A DNA stretch of 64,000 bases from a virus (lineage: Duplodnaviria; Caudoviricetes), in the IMG/VR virus record IMGVR_UViG_2708742532_000007, positions 20,528 through 84,527 of that record, one strand, 5' to 3'. The position numbers and the translations under genes are program-made. The notes below the pieces were generated by a model. It was not told where the DNA came from and made no database searches. It saw nothing but the letters and a program-made list of their open reading frames with translations. Shown here piece by piece: positions 28,312 through 39,909 of this stretch (positions are counted from its first letter, which is position 1; every line of letters starts with the position of its first letter).

Positions 28312-30756
28312 TTGCCAAACATATTACACCAAAATACTAACCGCCTAAAAGTCAAGGTTGCAAAGGTGCTGTACTATAAGGAAGAAAGTATGTGGGGCAT
28401 TGTGAGCGTTGCACCAACTAAGATAGAGGGTGACTTCGAACCTGAGCTGAATCGCTATAACAACTTTGTTATTAGAGGTAACATTCCAATGGCTATGAAT
28501 GTGGGGCAAGAGTATGACATTGAAGTAACGGATTTGCAGACAGACGCTAAGTATGGTGAGTTCTATGAGATTATTCGTATTCATATAGAAGCACTTGACA
28601 CAGTAGAAGCACAACAGCGCTTCTTACAAGCTGTTCTATCAGAGTATCAATCAAAGCTGATTCTTGAAGCATTTCCTAACAATATGATTGTAGATGATAT
28701 TAGAGATAATATAATTGATATAACTACAATAAAGGGTTTCGGGGAAGCTACAGCTCTAAAGATTAAGAGAGAAATCAAGAGAAACAAAGACCTAGGAGCT
28801 TTAATTTCGGAACTTGCTGACTTGAACCCATCAGGGAGAATGTTGAATAAGATTGTTGAGAAGTTTGGAAATTCTACAATTGCGCTATTCAAAGCAAAAG
28901 AATCTTTATATTATCTATGTATAGTTTCAGGTCTAAGCTTCAAAAGAATTGACAACATAGCTCTTATGCGTGGGGAAGATAAGTTTGGTCCAAAACGCAT
29001 TAAGGCTTACTCAGAATACTACTTTGATGAAATTGCTAATCAAGGGCATTCATGGGTCAATGAGCGGGAGTTCCTAGAACAGGCTATCAAGGAACTTGAT
29101 GTTAATGGCACATATATTCGCGACTATATGAATTCAGAGGATGGTAAGAAAAACTTCTATTGGCAACAGGGGGATAAGAGAATTTCTTCTATTTTTATGT
29201 ACAACAATGAGCGCAACACATTACGAAATTTACTGAGACTTGCTACTAGATATGAAGCACCAATTGGCTTTAATGTTGATGAAGCAATCAAAGACGCTGA
29301 GGCGGCGCTAGATGTAAAATATACTGACGAGCAAAAAAATGCTATTCGTGAGAGTGTTCTGCACGGTGTGTTTATTATAAATGGTAAAGGTGGTACAGGT
29401 AAGACCACTGTAGTCAAAGGGATTGTCGAGGTATTAAACTCTTTAGGCCTTACTTATAAAGCATGTGCATTGAGTGGTAAAGCTTCACAGGTTCTTTTAT
29501 CGAAAGATATTGACTCTGCAACAATTCACCGCACGTTTGGAATTGGTGTTAAGAAGTCAGATGATGAAGAAATCGGTGGTGGTAAATCATTCTATGATGT
29601 AATAATCATTGATGAAAGTTCAATGGTAGATGCAGGCCTGTTTAACCAAATGTTATCTAAAGTTCAAGATGGTGCTAAGGTAATTTTAGTAGGGGACAGT
29701 GGTCAGCTTTCAGGTATTGGGCATGGGGATGTGCTTCGTGATTTACTTCAAACACAATACTTCAAAACTATTGAGTTAAATCAAGTTCACCGTCAAGCCC
29801 AAGATTCTGGAATCATTGAATTAGCTACAAAGATTCGTGAAGGTGTTCAAGTTTACTCTGCTAACCAAGAGGGCATGATAAAGTTTGGAAAGAACAAAGA
29901 CATGATTATGGTCAACTATCAAAACAAAGAGGATATGCCCGAAAACGTTGAGAGAGTTTTAAGAGGTCAAGCAAAGAATATCAAAACACCTCAAGACCTA
30001 ATGGACTTCCAAGTAGTTGTAGCTATGAAAGAACGTGGTGCTATGTCAGCAAAAGCAATTAATAACCTAGCTCAATCAGTCTTTAATGACCTAGAGAAGC
30101 CGTTTGTGTCTTACAATGGATATGACTTCCGGGAGGGTGACAAGGTTATTGTAAAGGGCAATAGCTACGAAATCAGCTACTATGATGATTTAGAGCATTA
30201 TTATAATGTGCGAGACAATGAGTTAACTGAAAATGAGATTCAGGAACACTTATTAACATTGGAAACTGACGAGGAAAGAGTTGAGTTTTGTGATAGTATT
30301 CCAACATCAAACACTGGTGATTTATTCAATGGTACCATGGGAATAGTTGTAGATGTGTTTGAGAAAATAGACTATAACACAAACAAAATAGTTCAATGCT
30401 TGATGATTAACTTCGAGGGACTAGGAATTAAAGTTTACCAACAGTCAGAACTCGATAGTTTGGAACTAGCTTATACTGTAACTTGTCACCGGATACAAGG
30501 TTCAACTATCAAAAACGTAGTAGTTATATTAGATTACTCTGCATATTCACTTTTATGTAGACAGTGGGTATATACAGCAATCACTCGAGCTTCAAAGAAA
30601 TGTGTATTACTTGTACAATCATCTGCTTTAGTTAAAGCAATCGGAACAGACGCTAGTGGAAACCGTCAAACATTTTTAGGTGATATGATTAGAGAATTAC
30701 ACAAAGCTAAAGGAGATTTAGAAATGGTAATTAAGCAAGTCGCTAAGTTGCAATAA
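28312..30756 (+). CDS. recD2: RecD2-like SF1B helicase
   Basis: N-terminal OB/HhH (IKGFGEATA), GKGGTGKT, IIDESSM, VGDSGQL, HRQAQDSGI, AYTVTCHRIQGS, YTAITRA. Confidence 0.9.
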   Translation: MPNILHQNTNRLKVKVAKVLYYKEESMWGIVSVAPTKIEGDFEPELNRYNNFVIRGNIPMAMNVGQEYDIEVTDLQTDAKYGEFYEIIRIHIEALDTVEAQQRFLQAVLSEYQSKLILEAFPNNMIVDDIRDNIIDITTIKGFGEATALKIKREIKRNKDLGALISELADLNPSGRMLNKIVEKFGNSTIALFKAKESLYYLCIVSGLSFKRIDNIALMRGEDKFGPKRIKAYSEYYFDEIANQGHSWVNEREFLEQAIKELDVNGTYIRDYMNSEDGKKNFYWQQGDKRISSIFMYNNERNTLRNLLRLATRYEAPIGFNVDEAIKDAEAALDVKYTDEQKNAIRESVLHGVFIINGKGGTGKTTVVKGIVEVLNSLGLTYKACALSGKASQVLLSKDIDSATIHRTFGIGVKKSDDEEIGGGKSFYDVIIIDESSMVDAGLFNQMLSKVQDGAKVILVGDSGQLSGIGHGDVLRDLLQTQYFKTIELNQVHRQAQDSGIIELATKIREGVQVYSANQEGMIKFGKNKDMIMVNYQNKEDMPENVERVLRGQAKNIKTPQDLMDFQVVVAMKERGAMSAKAINNLAQSVFNDLEKPFVSYNGYDFREGDKVIVKGNSYEISYYDDLEHYYNVRDNELTENEIQEHLLTLETDEERVEFCDSIPTSNTGDLFNGTMGIVVDVFEKIDYNTNKIVQCLMINFEGLGIKVYQQSELDSLELAYTVTCHRIQGSTIKNVVVILDYSAYSLLCRQWVYTAITRASKKCVLLVQSSALVKAIGTDASGNRQTFLGDMIRELHKAKGDLEMVIKQVAKLQ

Positions 30757-30888
30757 GGTTACGCACAGTTGCATCATCTGCTTAGGTTATTAATAGTAAT
30801 ATTACAAAGGTGATATAATTATATATAAAAAATAAGTATAACACAGTACCAAAACGTCACTTTTTGTGTTTTAAGGAGAGAATGATTT

Positions 30889-31280
30889 ATGCTAATAGAT
30901 AAAGTCTTGTTTAACAACTTCTTCAAGAAGGACAACAAAGACAACTTCATAAACCTAGATATTAACACTTTTGAATTGTTTGGTGAACTTCTAGCAGCAG
31001 GGAAGTTGAAAGGAAATAGGCATAAGAAATTTGCCTTTAGTTGTAAATCAAACAGAGAAGCGGATGGATTATATAAGCAAGAAAAAGGGGTTATTAGATT
31101 CTATTGGTTTAACATCTACTACTCGTGATTTTCTAATCAGCAACATGAGGGGAGCGAAGTTACAACTTTGTCATACCTTGGCTATGAAGTAGCACAAGAT
31201 TTTTTAGCTAAGTTTAATAGTCGCTATGTGTGTAAGGGACCGCTTTTAAATATATTCGTGAGGGTAAGGCCCGATTAGAA
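30889..31280 (+). pseudogene. Truncated hypothetical gene
   Basis: AAGGAG RBS and a 79-aa ORF; coding-like sequence continues past the stop. Confidence 0.4.
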
Positions 31281-31482
31281 ATTTATATAGAAGGTGATGG
31301 AAATTGCGAATGTGGTTGAAACTCAGATTTTAAGGAACGAATCAAAAAAAATTTGAAGAAACAACATTATTAAATAACGCTCATAATCAAAAATATAGTA
31401 TATTTTAAAGTTATATAATAATATTTTCGATAGTGTGTATATATGGTTGTTGCAAATATTATTAGAATGACTAATAGTAGCA

Positions 31483-31722
31483 TTGGAATTTCAATTGAAC
31501 AATTTCTTAAAGCAACAGGAGCACAGAAATGAAAATACTTATAGATACAATTTAATAGACATATCAAATTTCTTTGATACTGTTTTTGGTAGACATTATT
31601 CAATCATAACAGCTACTGTATATTACAGCGATAAAACAAGTTTCCTAAAAGGTTTGACAGAATTAGCGTTTAAAACTAAACTTCCTAAAGATACGGTAAA
31701 TATAGAAAAAATAGGTTTTTAG
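31483..31722 (+). pseudogene. Remnant of a YopP-like integrase-fold gene (N-terminal fragment)
   Basis: LNNFLKQQEHRNENTYRYNLIDISNFF resembles an integrase N-terminal SAM-like domain; occupies the yopP position upstream of the yopQ-like gene. Confidence 0.45.
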
Positions 31723-32028
31723 CTACTGTTATACTGAAAGGTTTATGTTGAATAAAAAAATCAAAATTGTATTAAAGTTATATATTTACATTGGTGGTAA
31801 TGACGTCAGAGGAGTGCGACTGAGATGTTGTTAATCTGGATATATTTTAGTAAGTGGAATGGGGAAAGGTGATTAAAAACGGACTGGAAAAATGAGTTAA
31901 AAAGATTCGGAATAAGCGTAATCCAGCCCATTCTAATTAGAAAAAGTTATTGTGAGTAACTTAATAATATGTTATGATATAATAGTTTTTAGAAATGCAT
32001 TATATAGCATGAAGGGAGACATATTGTT

Positions 32029-33342
32029 GTGAGTACTTACAATGACTTCATCCAATCAGTTAAAGATAACATTCATAAAATACATGAAAACAATAAAACT
32101 AGAAGGGAAGTAGAAAATCAATTAGCGATATATGGTATTAATAAAGGGGAACTTCAAAGATACTTTAATGATATTGACACACTTGATGAAATAGATATAA
32201 GAGCAATAGCACTAATAGGTGAACAAATATATATAAAATTTGGTATCGAAAGTCTTGACCTTAAAAAAACATTTAATAAAAATGAATTGAACGATATTAG
32301 AGTTTTTTATAACACAAAGCAAAATGATTATATAGATTATCCAATTGTGATACATGATGTAACAATGATTGGTCAAGGTAGTTATGTTTTTCCAATTGAT
32401 TATAAATTCATAGCAAGGCTGTATAATAGTAATAAACTGAATTATAATTTTGAAGTTCAAAGGCAACCGAAATTTGTCAAAAGGAAAGACAGAGTTATCA
32501 AAGCCCCTTTTATCAATCAGAATAGTGTCAAAGAAATTACTAAGCACTTATTAAACGGTACGTTAGTTCCTACAAATATTGTGTATAATGCCAGTCTAGG
32601 TAGTTCTAATGAGAGTGAAGAATTAATCTACAATAGCAAAGAAAGAACTCTAACAATAACAGACGGAACACGTTTGGATATATTAGATGGTATGCACAGA
32701 ACGATTTCCTGTTTAAGAGCTTACTCAGTGAATAAAGATTTGGATTTTAATTTTATTGGACTTCTTTTTAATTTCACAACGAAACAGGCTCAGAACTATC
32801 AGAGCCAACTAGCAAAAGCTAACCCTATTCCTAAGAGCAGAATACAGGAACTTGAAGCAAGTAGATACGCTGACTTTGTAGTTCAACAATTGCGCATAGA
32901 TAGTGAATTGAAGGATAGAATAACGTCTAGAGACAGACTAGGAAAAGGCACAAATGAACTAGTGAGCTACGCTGTAATATCCAATGCAATTGACAGTACT
33001 TTTGAAATGAAAAATAAACTCGAAGCGCTTGGAAATTATAATTATTTATCAGAGTACTTTACTTACTTATTTGGTTACTTCCAAGAAGATTTAGAACAAC
33101 TAGACAATGGTAACTTAATGTTTTATAACAAGATGTTCATAGGACACATAAAATTAGCAAAGCGAATGAAAGAACACAACATACCTTTAAGCAACCTCAA
33201 TCATATTTTGAGTGGTATAGACTTCAATAGGGAAAATAAGATTTTTAAAGACTATGGAATAGTTGTAAACGGTAAGGTAGCTAATAAAATTGAAAAATCC
33301 ATAATAAAACTATTTGATGATATTGAGCTAAAGGGGAAATAG
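32029..33342 (+). CDS. DGQHR/DndB-family protein (SPbeta YopQ-like)
   Basis: YNFEVQR, LDILDGMHR (DGQHR variant); adjacent to the MrpR-like gene. Confidence 0.8.
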   Translation: MSTYNDFIQSVKDNIHKIHENNKTRREVENQLAIYGINKGELQRYFNDIDTLDEIDIRAIALIGEQIYIKFGIESLDLKKTFNKNELNDIRVFYNTKQNDYIDYPIVIHDVTMIGQGSYVFPIDYKFIARLYNSNKLNYNFEVQRQPKFVKRKDRVIKAPFINQNSVKEITKHLLNGTLVPTNIVYNASLGSSNESEELIYNSKERTLTITDGTRLDILDGMHRTISCLRAYSVNKDLDFNFIGLLFNFTTKQAQNYQSQLAKANPIPKSRIQELEASRYADFVVQQLRIDSELKDRITSRDRLGKGTNELVSYAVISNAIDSTFEMKNKLEALGNYNYLSEYFTYLFGYFQEDLEQLDNGNLMFYNKMFIGHIKLAKRMKEHNIPLSNLNHILSGIDFNRENKIFKDYGIVVNGKVANKIEKSIIKLFDDIELKGK

Positions 33343-33345
33343 ATA

Positions 33346-34368
33346 ATGACAATTCAAAACAATGTTTTAAAATTTGATAAATTATATAACGGTGAAGAAA
33401 AAAAGGCTTTTATTAATCAATATGAATCAGTTGATAGTCAGTTAACAATTTATTGGCAATTCCTAAAAGTAGCACCTTTTGAATTTCAAGCAAATAAAGA
33501 TATGTCAGAAATGACAGGCGCAGAAATAAAAGAAATGTTATTAAGCGCTGAGTGTTCAACAATAACAAGTGCTATCAATCATATTAATACTTATAAACGA
33601 TATATTGATTACATGACAACTACAAGCCCATTCTATGAGTTTGAAAGCTATTCAGAGCTTGCAAGTGAGATAGTAGCAAAGGAGAAAAACAAGCGCTACA
33701 GCAAAGAGGAATTAATGTTCATGTTAGATGAATTAAATAACTACACTGACCAAGCATTGTTACTAGCTTTATTTGAGGGAATCAAAGGTAAATCATTTAG
33801 TGAATTATTAACATTAAAAAGAGAAAATCTTCATGTGATAGAGGAAAAAGGCTTCGAAGACTACTATGTTGCAGATGTATATGACGAAGGAACTAAAGAA
33901 ATTAGACGAGTAAGAATAAGCGAAGATCTTTATAAATTACTTATTTTGGCAGATAAACAAACAGCATATAGAACAAACAATCAAGATGAAATCATAGAGA
34001 CCCCTTTTAATGAATATGAATATATTTTTAAGAAAGCAAAAAAAGGAAGACAGGGCGGTAATGTATTAGACAGACATTTCATCACTAGAAAGTTTGTATT
34101 CTTTAAAGAGTTCTTTGGTAACATCTATTTAACTGCGGAAGACATTGTTCAAAGTGGTATGATGTATATGGCATATACTTTGTTCAAACAAAGTGGAAAA
34201 CTAGGAAAAACGGAGCTTTTAACTATTGGAGAGCATTACGATACTATTATGGCAACATCAAATGGAAAAGACTATTATAGAAATATAACCGACTTAAAAA
34301 GAAAAATATTTAATGAGCAATTAGGGAAACTATATAGTGAGCTAGAAGGTGTTGAATATTCTGATTGA
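33346..34368 (+). CDS. MrpR/YopR-like phage lytic-cycle master repressor (inactive recombinase fold)
   Basis: DQALLLALFEGIKGKSFSELLTLK, LTAEDIVQSGMMY; lacks recombinase catalytic R/HxxR; yopQ-yopR synteny. Confidence 0.75.
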   Translation: MTIQNNVLKFDKLYNGEEKKAFINQYESVDSQLTIYWQFLKVAPFEFQANKDMSEMTGAEIKEMLLSAECSTITSAINHINTYKRYIDYMTTTSPFYEFESYSELASEIVAKEKNKRYSKEELMFMLDELNNYTDQALLLALFEGIKGKSFSELLTLKRENLHVIEEKGFEDYYVADVYDEGTKEIRRVRISEDLYKLLILADKQTAYRTNNQDEIIETPFNEYEYIFKKAKKGRQGGNVLDRHFITRKFVFFKEFFGNIYLTAEDIVQSGMMYMAYTLFKQSGKLGKTELLTIGEHYDTIMATSNGKDYYRNITDLKRKIFNEQLGKLYSELEGVEYSD

Positions 34369-34377
34369 TACATTCTT

Positions 34378-34412
34378 TTTAGTGGCATTGTGCTTCCACA
34401 GTGTCACTAAAA
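34378..34412 (+). terminator. Hairpin after the repressor gene
   Basis: TTTAGTGGCATTGTG-CTTC-CACAGTGTCACTAAA. Confidence 0.6.
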
Positions 34413-34586
34413 CATAGGTATTAAATTATCACTACACCTTAAAAACGACAATTAGTTGTTAATTTCAACATATTTGGTTGTCGGTTGTTAAATGTTTCTA
34501 TAAGTAATATAATAATATTTAAGAATCGACAAGCGTATATGTGATAAAATGACTACTGCTAGTATAGCTTTTTGACACGGAAGCCC

Positions 34587-34615
34587 TTGTTTATGTTCTA
34601 TCAAGATGTTATAAT
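34587..34615 (+). promoter_or_regulatory. Putative sigma-A promoter
   Basis: TTGTTT-17 bp-TATAAT with extended TG. Confidence 0.45.
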
Positions 34616-34720
34616 TGACTATGTTGTCAAAAGTAACTAATAGGGCAAGCGTTTCTAGTAATAGTTACATATACCTTCAAAAGAGAAAATAAAACATATC
34701 GTTGGGGGAAAAACTAAACA

Positions 34721-35098
34721 ATGGCACATCCTATTAGTATTCGATTAATGATGAAAACACATGCAAGTAAGAAATTTGACGAGTTGATTGAGCAATTTGA
34801 ATATGCTCAAATGCTTATTTTATTAACTAAAGAGGGAAACTTCCATAGTTATCCAATTGAGGATAGAGAACAAGACGATGACGAGTTCTATGTTGATTTG
34901 ATTTTTGGAGACATGAAAGCTTTTAAAAAAGAAAAAGAAGTATTTGAAAAATTACAAAGTGTTCATTTTGAAAGTGATAATGGCGAACTATTTGAGTTTA
35001 AGTTTCTTGAGTCATTGAGTGTTATTGAAGTAGTAGAACTGTCTGACATCGACACTATCTTATACAATCCAAAAACACTTGAAGCGTTGCTCGATTAA
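34721..35098 (+). CDS. Acidic hypothetical protein
   Basis: 125 aa, GGGGG RBS, upstream promoter. Confidence 0.65.
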   Translation: MAHPISIRLMMKTHASKKFDELIEQFEYAQMLILLTKEGNFHSYPIEDREQDDDEFYVDLIFGDMKAFKKEKEVFEKLQSVHFESDNGELFEFKFLESLSVIEVVELSDIDTILYNPKTLEALLD

Positions 35099-36148
35099 GC
35101 TTTACAAAAAAAGTAGCAAAATGACTAATAAACCTTTATAGTAAGTCGATTATTTTATGATTTATGAAAGTGGTTAGTGTTTATAACACTAATCGTGTAT
35201 CACAGAAAAATTTTATTATAGCCGATACAATCGTTTTGTATACAAGCGGTGCATGGGTACTAGAATAGTACTAAAGAATCATATGATTAAGAGCTTTAAA
35301 TCAGTTATTTTTGAGTTGGTTGCCATTATGATAAACAAAATATCGATAAACATTTAGACAATCTAAAATTCAATCTAAGTGGTATGTTTCGTACTATGCT
35401 TATGTACATTGGTTGCAAATTGAAATTAAACAGCACCTCAAACTGAAGTGAATAAAATATCTTAAAGTAATCCTTATGTAATACCGAACTCATTTCATTT
35501 TAAGACGGGGCTTTTTAAAAGTTGGAGTGGAAGTACACCTACATAAGTTGAGGGTGTTGAAATCAAACAAACACACCAATGTAACATCGAGAAAGTTTTT
35601 CAGACGTTATTCATATCAATTTCATATTGGCCAAAACATAGTACAAGGTATTGTAACAGATGTGTGTTTATCTTATTTTCTAAAAATACCTTGCACTAAC
35701 AGAAATGTTGTGTGAGGTATTTTTTGTTTTCACAAAACTCGGTTTAAACTACTCAGAAGTGCTGACTACATTTCTGATAAAATAGCAATTTTACTTGCGA
35801 AGGATAGGACAACAAACAAAAAACAACGTAATAAAAAGAAACTAGAAACTGCTATTATCAACGACTTATCTGTAAGCTACACAGTTGAAGTTAAAGGTAA
35901 TGGCAAAAAAATTGCTTTAAATAGAACATACATTCGGTTTTGTGTATATTAGTAATGATTAGATTCTTAAAATATCCGTTTCAGATCGGAAATATTAGTT
36001 TCTATCAATCATATGACCTATAGCAACACAACACAAGCAGTGAGCTAAAAGTCATAAGCTATATAGGTGTTACTAGGGATAGACAGACATGTGAACGCAC
36101 TACCACGTCTATGCCTAGAACCCTTATATAAGAAAGAAATGAAAGGTA

Positions 36149-36616
36149 ATGGATAAGATGATGTTTTTATATGAAAGTCTTCATAGCTATCAGAAAGACT
36201 TGATAGATGAAGAAATTGAAGAATATATTAAAAAAATGATAATAACTAATCGTGGTTTTAATTACACTGAAAGTCAATTTCAATCTTTAATAAATGAAAT
36301 AGTGATATATGGAAAACAAGTCAACAGCTTTTTAGGAGAAGCAGTCAATTGCTTTAATTTAAAACAACTAGTAGTCAAGTCAAGGGCAATAAAGATAGCC
36401 TATGAACTAGAGCAGAGCAATCTAAGAAGTAAAACAAAAAGAGCTCTAGCAAATAAAAGAGAAGAGATTGTAAATCAACTTCAAGAAAGCTACGATATAA
36501 GTAATGATATAATATCTTATAAGTATTTATTTAAAGATTTTTATATGAATACTGAAAAAATTTCAGAACCACATATGGAAGATGAAACAGTGTTTGTGTT
36601 TTTTGGAGAGCATTGA
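36149..36616 (+). CDS. Hypothetical protein
   Basis: 155-aa ORF with RBS. Confidence 0.55.
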   Translation: MDKMMFLYESLHSYQKDLIDEEIEEYIKKMIITNRGFNYTESQFQSLINEIVIYGKQVNSFLGEAVNCFNLKQLVVKSRAIKIAYELEQSNLRSKTKRALANKREEIVNQLQESYDISNDIISYKYLFKDFYMNTEKISEPHMEDETVFVFFGEH

Positions 36617-37529
36617 TAGGTATAGCTATAGATGTTCTTTTGGATTATTCAATACCAACAGAAGATGATGTATATAACTAGTTAAAAATATTAAGAAAAT
36701 CATAAGTGCTATTAATCGTAAATCCACAATGACCAGTTGGGAATTAGACAAGTAGAGGAAGATTGGTTCGAATAAACTATTAAAAATTTCTTGATTTCTC
36801 GTTATATAAGAAATATAATGACATGTAATATTCTTATTTGATTTTCAAAAACAACATAATAACATTATGGTGAATTTAGAATAATGCGTGACAAGGAAAA
36901 AGATGAAGTATGCATGCATAGCAGAGCAGGGTTTTTGACAATGGGCCTTGTTAGCTTACGAGTGAACCTGATACAACTTAAATATTAGGCGACCAGTGAA
37001 TCAAAGTGGGTTGCGGAAGATTGAATACAGTCCTTTAACTAACAAGTATAAGGAAAGAAAATGATCTTCAGAGAGATGGTTCATTTAAATGTGAATGTAA
37101 AGGAGGCGGTAGCTCAAAAAAGTGATACAAGCTTTGTTCCTTTTCTTGAATGACTATACATATAGCTCTCATAACGCTATGACTAGCTCAACTGATTACA
37201 AGTCAAACAATACAACCAATACTAGCTTTAAAACTAACGCAAGTTCATAGAAGGGTGGTAGCTAAGTATTAAGAGCGTAGAAAGTTGTTCTTTTAGAGCA
37301 TTCCGGTTTCTTCATTGAGATACCTGAACTTGAGTATGGCAGCATATATAAAGCTTTAACTATGCCAAAGGAACGTATTGAGGAAATCAAATACGTTTCA
37401 GAGAAGCTATAGGTTAAGGTGTATGTTCCAACACTAAATCAAGATGAAATAGTAAAGTAGGTTATTCTAGTATGCTAGTTCCTTTCCTTAAATTAGATTA
37501 CTTGAGATTTGATACAGTGTTAAGTCCCT

Positions 37530-37943
37530 ATGACGTCATTGTTACTAATATTAATCAAAGAAATTGAATTAAACAACGTTACACCACTCTTAGTATTGGA
37601 AGCACTCTCTATGAATAATGAAAGTCTTTCAAAACAAAAGCTAGTTTCAATTATCAGTCAAGACGTTTGGGGATACGCCCAAGTTGACTTCATTAAAAAG
37701 ATGATTTCAATTATAGATGTATTGACTATCGAAGTGAGTGGAGGTACTTATGAACCTAGCGATTATAAGATAGATATTCTTAACATGCCTACTTATCCTT
37801 ATAAGTTCTTGATATTTACGAGAATGAAAAGGGTAAAAGTAGGAGTTGAACTATTAAGACTTGTGGCACATTTGCTGTCCTATGGAAATTACATAAGTAG
37901 TGATCGAACACCTGAGGAAGTAGAAATTGTTTCTAGATTGTAA
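37530..37943 (+). CDS. Hypothetical protein, possibly a degenerate ImmA/IrrE-like remnant
   Basis: LVAHLLSY resembles AHELGH but lacks the catalytic residues. Confidence 0.35.
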   Translation: MTSLLLILIKEIELNNVTPLLVLEALSMNNESLSKQKLVSIISQDVWGYAQVDFIKKMISIIDVLTIEVSGGTYEPSDYKIDILNMPTYPYKFLIFTRMKRVKVGVELLRLVAHLLSYGNYISSDRTPEEVEIVSRL

Positions 37944-38622
37944 CACCAACATACAACGCACCAATTCCCATTCAACTTAGATAATAGCTCATACGTTAAA
38001 AAACCTTTTCTTAGTAGCGGAGGCTAAAGTGTTGGGATTATTAGAGAGCATGGAACAGTGAATATGATTATGTTTATCAAAATTTATTGAGCCACCTAAA
38101 CGACAGGTAATTATTAATGGATTCCAAGAAAAGAGCTATATCATTGGCTCTTTTATCTGTAATGACAAGGATGTCGGTCTTTCATGTAGATAAGGTGGGG
38201 AGATTACCGAATGGGATTCTCAATAGCTAGCAATTGTTCATTTAGAGGAAAAATGAAAGAGGCAATATGATAATTACAGCATGGGTATTATTAATATTCT
38301 TTTGAGCATTTGGTTTTTGGACTACTGCTCAATACTACTTTGGTAAAAGGACTTTAGGTTATCGAGCTCGTTTAGGACGAACCTAACTTTATCAGAAACT
38401 TGTGGTGGCTACTCAAATGAATCAATGCAGATGTTAACTTGTGTAATCACTAGAATGGAAGAGACTAAAATTAAAACAGTAATCAAAGAGTTTGATAGTC
38501 ATTCTTTATAAGAATCACAGTCGTTGCAGAAGTAAAAGGTGGTACTTTCACTAAAAGAGATATTCATTAAAGGTGGGCTTTTCCTACCCTTTTAATTAAT
38601 AGATGATTAGGGGCTATTCAAC

Positions 38623-39408
38623 ATGACAATAATTACACTACAACACACACAAGATACATATGAGTCTTTACAATTATTCCGATCCATAGAAGAAATGAAT
38701 AAAGCCGTAATGGCGCATAAACGCTTAAATAAGGAGCAATTAACTAAATCAACATATGCTGTCCTAGACTTCATTTCACAGTGGTCTTGCAAGTATGTAG
38801 GGGTGAGCTACCTTTGTCAGAAAAGAATCGCGGAGAGCCTAGAAATAAGCTATAAAACGGTTCAAAGATCTATTTCTAAATTAGTAGAATTGAACGTTGT
38901 GAAGAAGTTTAAAACAAAACGAGCTACAGGTGACAAGCGACAAAGCAGTAATATCATTGTAATTCAACCAGCTAAAGAAAATGTCCAACCCAAATGTCCA
39001 CCCGAAGATACTCTTATCAATACTCAAAATATTAATAAAACAAATGATACAGAAAAAGAGGGTCTTTCTTTAAAAGAAGCTGATAAGGAATCTTTAATTA
39101 AAAAAGGATTAGTAAAGAAATTACCTGAAACATTACAACGTGTATTAGCCCCTTTCTTTGACGCAGATGAAATTTATAAATTAGCAGGAACTATTTATAA
39201 AGCTAAATCTAAGGTTGATAAAGCTATTCAAATTGAAGATTATTCAAATGAATACTACCAATGTATTCTAAGTGTTATAAATGCCTATAAACGAGGTAAA
39301 GCCGATTCATTACATGGTCTGTTGTTCCATGCTATTAAGGCTACAACAAAGACTATATGGCTTAAACAACGTGCTACAGGTGGTATTTGGTCTTCATTTT
39401 TAAGTTGA
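38623..39408 (+). CDS. Winged-HTH DNA-binding protein (replication-initiator-like)
   Basis: GVSYLCQKRIAESLEISYKTVQRSISKLVELNVV HTH; RQSSNIIVIQP wing. Confidence 0.7.
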   Translation: MTIITLQHTQDTYESLQLFRSIEEMNKAVMAHKRLNKEQLTKSTYAVLDFISQWSCKYVGVSYLCQKRIAESLEISYKTVQRSISKLVELNVVKKFKTKRATGDKRQSSNIIVIQPAKENVQPKCPPEDTLINTQNINKTNDTEKEGLSLKEADKESLIKKGLVKKLPETLQRVLAPFFDADEIYKLAGTIYKAKSKVDKAIQIEDYSNEYYQCILSVINAYKRGKADSLHGLLFHAIKATTKTIWLKQRATGGIWSSFLS

Positions 39409-39909
39409 TTTAAAAGTGATATAATAATAACAGATATGAATTTCGAGCTTGTGATGATTGTTGTTCTAACCATGAAAAAAGATATGTTTATAGTATTGTC
39501 TCCTAAAACGAGTAGACAATTTATTTGAACTTGAATAATCTAGAAATTTAAAATTTTAGACATTTCATTTGGTAAAACCATAAAATAATATATAATGACA
39601 AATGTATTTTTCGTATCTATGATATGAACTATAAAGGTATCACTTGAGAAGTAGTAAAAGAACTATTGGAGTTTTAGAACGCCACTATCAAGCAATATTG
39701 CAGGTTGGCGATAACGTTAAAGAGTGTTTTACAGTGTCAAAATCACTAGATAAGCATATTGAAACTGTCTGAACACATCTTGAGTCATATGAAATCATGT
39801 ATGACATAGTAATTAGCATAAGAGAGGTTTGCTCAAAAGTTATGAAGTCAGAGGAACTTGTAACGATCGAAGGGAAATGAAGGTCTTAAATGACACATTT
39901 TGGAATTGA

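Noticed and set aside
32029-33342. Dnd phosphorothioation defence system
   Set aside because: Only a DGQHR/DndB-like gene is present, with no dndACDE or ssp genes; synteny indicates a YopQ-type phage regulator
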